Assembly (NCBI GenBank): GCA_963708075.1 | Contig: OY970194.1 | Span: forward strand, 352,001-416,000 | Source: Sedimentisphaerales bacterium | Lineage (GTDB): Bacteria > Planctomycetota > Phycisphaerae > Sedimentisphaerales > Anaerobacaceae | Length of the DNA: 64,000 nucleotides | Direction of reading: 5' to 3' | In this document: positions 59,365 to 64,000 of the stretch, piece by piece | Layout: the number at the start of each line of letters is the position of its first letter | Numbering within the stretch: the first letter of the stretch is position 1 | Position numbers and translations under genes: made by a program | Notes under the pieces: generated by a model | Database searches by the model: none | The model's input: the letters and a program-made list of their open reading frames with translations, nothing else | What the model was told of the DNA's origin: nothing

Positions 59365-60297
59365 ATGGGCAAGAACAAGATTACCGTGGTTGGTGCTGGG
59401 AACGTGGGGGCGACGACGGCGTATATCGCCGCGACACGACGGCTGGGCGAGATCGTCCTGCTGGATATCGTCAAAGGACTGCCGGACGGCAAGGCGCTGG
59501 ATATGGCTGAGGCCAGTCCGATCTACCTGTCGCAACAGGACGTTGTCGGCACGATGGACTGGTCGGCAACCGCGGGCAGCGACGTGGTCATCATCACCAG
59601 CGGCGTGCCGCGAAAGCCCGGCATGAGCCGCGACGACCTGCTCGCCACGAACACCCGAATCGTCCGGGATGTTAGCCAGAAGGTCGCCGAGCACTCGCCC
59701 GACGCCTTTGTCATCGTCGTGTGCAACCCGCTCGACGCCATGGTCCACGTGGCCGCCAAAGTCACCGGCTTTCCCACGCACCGCGTGATGGGAATGGCGG
59801 GGGCCCTGGATTCCGCCCGTTTCAGTTACTTCCTGGCCGCCGAGTTGGGCGTCAGCGTCGAAGATGTCAAGTGCGTCCTGATGGGCGGCCACGGCGACGA
59901 CATGGTTCCCTTGCCTCGTTTCACATCCGTCAGCGGCATCCCGATCAGTCAACTGCTCAAAGGCGACCGAATCGACTCGCTGATCGACCGCGCCCGCAAA
60001 GGCGGCATCGAGATCGTCAATCTCCTGGGCTACAGCGCCTACTACGCTCCGGCCGCCGGCGCGGTGAAAATGGCCGAGGCGATCCTCCGCGATACGAAGA
60101 ATGTCATCTGCTGCTGTGCCTATTGCGACAAGCAGTACAGCGCGGGCGGGTACTTCGTCGGCGTGCCGGCCGTGCTCGGCAAAGGCGGCGTCGAGCGAGT
60201 GATCGAACTCGATCTGAACGAATCCGAGAAGAAGCAGTTGGCCGTATCGCTCGGCCACGTCAAGGAGCTCGTGACGCAGGTTGATAAGCTGCTGTAG
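59365..60297 (+). CDS. mdh: Malate dehydrogenase (LDH-like)
   Basis: VVGAGNVGA, PRKPGMSRDDL, NPLD, LDSAR, GGHGD, SAYYAPA. Confidence 0.96.
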   Translation: MGKNKITVVGAGNVGATTAYIAATRRLGEIVLLDIVKGLPDGKALDMAEASPIYLSQQDVVGTMDWSATAGSDVVIITSGVPRKPGMSRDDLLATNTRIVRDVSQKVAEHSPDAFVIVVCNPLDAMVHVAAKVTGFPTHRVMGMAGALDSARFSYFLAAELGVSVEDVKCVLMGGHGDDMVPLPRFTSVSGIPISQLLKGDRIDSLIDRARKGGIEIVNLLGYSAYYAPAAGAVKMAEAILRDTKNVICCCAYCDKQYSAGGYFVGVPAVLGKGGVERVIELDLNESEKKQLAVSLGHVKELVTQVDKLL

Positions 60298-60303
60298 GTT
60301 GCA

Positions 60304-60444
60304 TCGTGGCGAGGGCTTCCAGCCCTTGCGTCGCGAGGGCATCTTGCCCTCACTCTGCCAAGCTGCGACAGGTCTCCTCGTGCCGAAGTGCAAGGGCAGG
60401 ATGTCCTCGCCACGAAGGAACAAGGGCGAGACGCCCTCGCCACG
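60304..60444. repeat. Cluster of four REP-like palindromes between convergent genes
   Basis: CGTGGCGAGGGCTTCCAGCCCTTG, GCGAGGGCATCTTGCCCTC, CAAGGGCAGGATGTCCTCGCCACG, CAAGGGCGAGACGCCCTCGCCACG. Confidence 0.8.
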
Positions 60445-60465
60445 GGGCGAACGAGGACGTTCGCC

Positions 60466-61521
60466 CTACATGAGCATCAGGATGACGAAATACACAATCA
60501 TCATCGCCAATCCCAACGGGATCCCGAAGACGGCCCATTCCCGGCTCTTGATCCCGAGTTTGCCGGCACAGATGATGTTCGGGATGTTGCCCGGGATCAG
60601 CATGCCGCCGGCGATCAGCAGGCCCATCAGGATGCTTCGAATCTGGATGAGGGACATCTTGGGCGAGAGTTCTGCAGCCGTGAGGGTGGCGTTGTCCAGA
60701 ATGGCGGAAATCATGTTGATCCAATAAAGGGCCGCGGTGGGGAGGTGGATGACGTACTTATCGATGAGCGGCTGGAAGCCCGTGCCCAGAAGCACGAGGG
60801 CCATGACAAAGAGGTACACCTTGCCCGCGCGGATGAAAACGTCGCGAAAGCTCTCCAGCTTGTTCTCGCTGACGGACTCCGCGTACGCGACTTCCTTGCC
60901 CCGGAGGAACATCGCCACGATGCCGAGGGCCACCACGCCGGGGATGATGAAGATCGCGAGCTTCTGGAACAGGAACCAGAACCCGGCATGATACGGCTCG
61001 CCTGCCAGCTTGGCGACAGCAATCGTGGCCAGGGGTTCTCCCACGGGCGTGAGGGTGGCGCCGAGGCCGATGGAGAAACAAGTGACGATCACCAGCCGGG
61101 TCTCGATCTTCTTGTCCAAACGCAGGCCGGTGATGATCTCCGCCAGCACCAGGGACGCGATGATGGCCGTAATCACACTGGAGAGCAGCCCCAGCAGAAC
61201 CACGACCAGAAACAGGAAGAATCTCTGGCCCACCGCCCGCTCAATGCCCATGACATGGCGGCGCATTCGGTCTCGGAAGAAGCCGAAGAGTAACCCCGCC
61301 ACAAGCACGGCTTCGACGATGGGATGTTTGAGACGGATCGGATCCAGGAGAGCATCGACCACCAGGTGTCCGCTCCACTGGCTGGAGATCGTCACGGCCA
61401 GAACGCCCATGACGAATAAAAACGCCTCAAGCTGCTTTTCCACCTTGTGGATGAGAAACGGCAGCGTCAGGACCAGCACAATGATCGTCGCCAGGCCGGC
61501 GGTTACCAGATGCTCATTCAT
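60466..61521 (-). CDS. DUF1646 family membrane protein (putative cation transporter)
   Basis: GATLTPVGEPL, SAILDNATLTAAE, GGMLIPGNIPNII. Confidence 0.85.
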   Translation of the reverse strand: MNEHLVTAGLATIIVLVLTLPFLIHKVEKQLEAFLFVMGVLAVTISSQWSGHLVVDALLDPIRLKHPIVEAVLVAGLLFGFFRDRMRRHVMGIERAVGQRFFLFLVVVLLGLLSSVITAIIASLVLAEIITGLRLDKKIETRLVIVTCFSIGLGATLTPVGEPLATIAVAKLAGEPYHAGFWFLFQKLAIFIIPGVVALGIVAMFLRGKEVAYAESVSENKLESFRDVFIRAGKVYLFVMALVLLGTGFQPLIDKYVIHLPTAALYWINMISAILDNATLTAAELSPKMSLIQIRSILMGLLIAGGMLIPGNIPNIICAGKLGIKSREWAVFGIPLGLAMMIVYFVILMLM

Positions 61522-61631
61522 AGACCGGTGACTCCAAATCCAGATATCAAGAGGCCGTAAGTCTATCGCAACAAGTAGCTCTGTCAAGTACGTGAGGCCC
61601 GAGATCGCCATTCGCTGAATCGGGGCAAGAG

Positions 61632-61660
61632 AAAACGGTGGGGCGGAGGCACCCCACCGT
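61632..61660 (-). terminator. Rho-independent terminator after the Gfo/Idh/MocA gene
   Basis: Minus strand ACGGTGGGG ... CCCCACCGT followed by TTT. Confidence 0.65.
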
Positions 61661-61694
61661 GTCATGCATACTACAGGCTCACCGGCCGGATCGA

Positions 61695-63020
61695 TCAGCC
61701 GTTGAGGGTCCAGCCTTCGCGGTACTTGCGGCTGAGCAGGGCGTTGGCCTCGTCGCTGTTCGTGACGCGGCCGGCGACCGGGTCGTAGTCCAGCTTCTTG
61801 CCGACGCGGTAGGCCACCAGGCCCAGCAGCATCATCTCGATCATCGTGCCGCCGTAGTCGAAATCGCACGAGGTCTTGAGATTGCCCTTGCAGGCGTTGG
61901 TCCATTCCTTCTGGAAATGTCCGACGTCGGGGAGCATCTTGTCCTTCGGCCGACGCTCATAGTAGCTCATGTCCGCGTTGTCGCCGAAGGGGATGATCAT
62001 GCGCGAGCCAAAATCGGCGATCAGGAAGCCCTTGGAGCCCTTGAACATCGCGCCGTGCCCGATCTTGTTCAGATCGACGGATTCCCTCGGCGACCTGGGC
62101 ATGGCGCCGCCCTCGTACCAGCCGACGCGGATGGCGGGCCGCCAATCGTTGGCCGGCAGGTCGAAATGGCTCTCCATCTCGACGGGCGTGACCTCCGGGT
62201 TGAACGGGTCGCCTTTGGCTTCCGCCGTGGTCGGCAAGCCGTAACCGATCGCGTCCCAGACGATGTCCATCGTGTGGCTGCCCATATCGCCGATCTGCCC
62301 GCTGCCGAAGTCCCAGTACATGTTCCACTGGAGGCAATTGGCGCCGGGGCCGCCGCTGAAATACTCCGGGTTGTACGGGTGCATGGGCGCGGGGCCGATC
62401 CACAGATCGTAATGCAGGTGGGCCGGCGGGTCGCCTGCGGCGGCCGGGTAGCCCTTGCGGCGGATCTGGCGATTGCCCCAGGCATATGCGTCGCTGAGGG
62501 TGCCGATCGCGCCGTCGCGGATCAGCTCCTGCACGCGATTGAAGTTCGGGTTCGCGTGACGCTGCATCCCGACCTGCGTCGCCAGCTTGTTCCTTTTCTT
62601 GAGCCAGTTCGCGCGGACGATGCGGGCTTCCTCGACGCTGTTGGCCAGCGGCTTCTCGCAGTACACGTGCATGTCCCGGTTCAAGGCCCAGTTGGCGACG
62701 AACGCGTGCGTGAAGTCCGTCGTGCAACAGACCACGGCGTCGATGCCTTTCTGATCGAGGCACTTGCGCCAATCGACGTACGTCTTGGCGTTCGGGAATC
62801 GCTTGGCGCCGAACGCCAGGTGCTCTTCGTTCACGTCACACAGGGCGACCACGTTCTCGCTCGCAAGGGCGTCGAAGTGGGCCTCGCCCCGGCCCCAAGT
62901 CCCGATCAGGGCCACGTTGAGCTTGTTGCTGGGGGCGTTGGCGCCGCTGAGCACGCCGCTGGGCAGGATGAGCCATCCGGCCCCGGTCGCTGCGGTCTTG
63001 AGGAAGTCACGTCGTTTCAT
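61695..63020 (-). CDS. Tat-exported Gfo/Idh/MocA oxidoreductase
   Basis: KRRDFLK Tat signal; VYCEKPL, TQVGMQ, GDMGSH. Confidence 0.93.
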   Translation of the reverse strand: MKRRDFLKTAATGAGWLILPSGVLSGANAPSNKLNVALIGTWGRGEAHFDALASENVVALCDVNEEHLAFGAKRFPNAKTYVDWRKCLDQKGIDAVVCCTTDFTHAFVANWALNRDMHVYCEKPLANSVEEARIVRANWLKKRNKLATQVGMQRHANPNFNRVQELIRDGAIGTLSDAYAWGNRQIRRKGYPAAAGDPPAHLHYDLWIGPAPMHPYNPEYFSGGPGANCLQWNMYWDFGSGQIGDMGSHTMDIVWDAIGYGLPTTAEAKGDPFNPEVTPVEMESHFDLPANDWRPAIRVGWYEGGAMPRSPRESVDLNKIGHGAMFKGSKGFLIADFGSRMIIPFGDNADMSYYERRPKDKMLPDVGHFQKEWTNACKGNLKTSCDFDYGGTMIEMMLLGLVAYRVGKKLDYDPVAGRVTNSDEANALLSRKYREGWTLNG

Positions 63021-63132
63021 GCGGTCTTCTCCTTCTATCTGCGGTTCTCTCGTCACACAAACCCATCGCCGGACCACCTCCGGCCGCCAGCAGTCTATGT
63101 CCCCCCGCCCCCCAAAGCAAGCCCGCCGGCGG

Positions 63133-63925
63133 AAATTGGCTTTGTTTCACACCGCCGGGTCCGCCACCATGTGGCCCAGCCGCCCTCGGCTGGGATCACC
63201 CCCGGGGGCGGGGGTGCTACCTGACACTTCCTCCAATTGGCTTTGTTTCGTACATCGGCCCTCGCGTGGGCTGTGCCTGTCACCTGCCCGGCACGCCAGA
63301 TTGGCTTTGTTTCACACAACCATCCGCGCTCCCGACTTTGCCCCAGATGCCCCATTCGTCCCAAATTTGGCTTTGTTTCGCACGATCCGCGGTCGCGTCG
63401 CCTGCCGGGCGCTCCCTGGTGCTCGCTCTTGAAATTGGCTTTGTTTTGCACAATCGCCCGTCCCCGAATTGGCTTTGTTCCGCACGGTGGCCTATGTCTT
63501 TCATTCCCGTCTTCCAATCCGCATTCCGTAATCCGAAATCCGCAATCCCAAGGGGCCCCCCCGTCCCCGCCCAATTGGCTTTGTTTCGCAAACTGCCCGT
63601 CCCTGTTGCCGAACACTCGCCACGGCACACACTCGTATCCTTCATTCCGCACTCCGCAATCCGGATTCCGCACTCCCAAGGCCCTTGGCCCCGTGAATTG
63701 GCTTTGTTTCCCGCAGTGTCAACCTGTGCCTTTTCCTCATAACTCTTTTTCTGACCGGAACTTATCCTCAATTAGTCCTCGCCAGAATTGGGTTTGTTTC
63801 ACATAGTGACGATCAGCGAATTGGCTTTGTTTCGCGCAGACAGGGGACGCTAGGCTGCCGGAGACAATCCGCAATCTGCAATCCCCAATCCGCAATCGCT
63901 CTGGCAATTGGCTTTGTTTCGCATA
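63133..63925. repeat. Array of 11 co-oriented AATTGGCTTTGTTTC(G/A)CA motifs with variable spacers
   Basis: TTGG(C/G)TTTGTT cores start at 63136, 63237, 63301, 63367, 63435, 63469, 63575, 63698, 63788, 63821, 63908. Confidence 0.93.
63170..63221. repeat. REP-like doublet of the same family as the hisA insertion, nested in an array spacer
   Basis: TGTGGCCCAGCCGCCCTCGGCTGGGATCACCCCCGGGGGCGGGGGTGCTACC. Confidence 0.8.
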
Positions 63926-64000
63926 ATCAGGTCATTTGCCTCCAGCAAGCAGGAGGGCGTGACTGCCCCGGCGTCCCGCCGGTTGTCGAGGATGTGCGCG

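Noticed and set aside
570..63224. Long antisense ORFs (e.g. 570..1823, 5854..7794, 10407..11663, 33027..34475, 47356..49014, 61638..63224)
   Set aside because: Shadow frames of well-supported genes in GC-rich DNA.
63095..63806. ORFs overlapping the array (63095..63679, 63237..63806, 63266..63742, 63280..63771)
   Set aside because: They are translations of the repeat in different frames and strands with no recognisable domain; probably spurious.
63133..63925. CRISPR array interpretation of the terminal repeats
   Set aside because: Repeat is only ~14-18 bp, periods range from 33 to 123 bp, and no cas genes are in the window.

Overview
GC-rich bacterial chromosome segment. Gene content (dockerin-like secreted proteins, paired BlaI/BlaR1-M56 genes, prepilin-type protein, Tat Gfo/Idh/MocA, several palindromic and heptamer repeat families) suggests Planctomycetota, probably Phycisphaerae/Sedimentisphaerales (inference). 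In order: glgE and treS-maltokinase (frameshifted), prepilin protein, spermidine-synthase/TPR fusion, secreted proteins, FtsW/RodA protein, an islet with orphan antitoxin-like genes and a degenerate serine recombinase, a TPR/HEAT protein, a 56-aa ferredoxin and tRNA-Glu(TTC), a ~4.5 kb integrase-less island ending in a duplicated tRNA 3' end, fabZ, an Hc1-like protein, flavodoxin, a VOC/oxidoreductase/DHFR cluster, 6S RNA, TolB-like protein, GH10 xylanase, HDIG-PPIase-acpS-mnmG-radical SAM genes, two tandem BlaI/M56-beta-propeller modules, hisA, a nucleoside hydrolase-rbsK-rbsBAC operon, FHA/GAF, FG-GAP/dockerin, di-heme cytochrome c, deaminase, ankyrin lipoprotein, mdh, DUF1646, Gfo/Idh/MocA, and a non-CRISPR array of 11 AATTGGCTTTGTTT motifs. 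Main points of interest: the terminal array, in-frame repeat insertions in three genes, the chimeric BlaR1 sensor pair and the tRNA-Glu island. At least six single-base frameshifts may be sequencing errors. All calls come from motif recognition; no searches were run.
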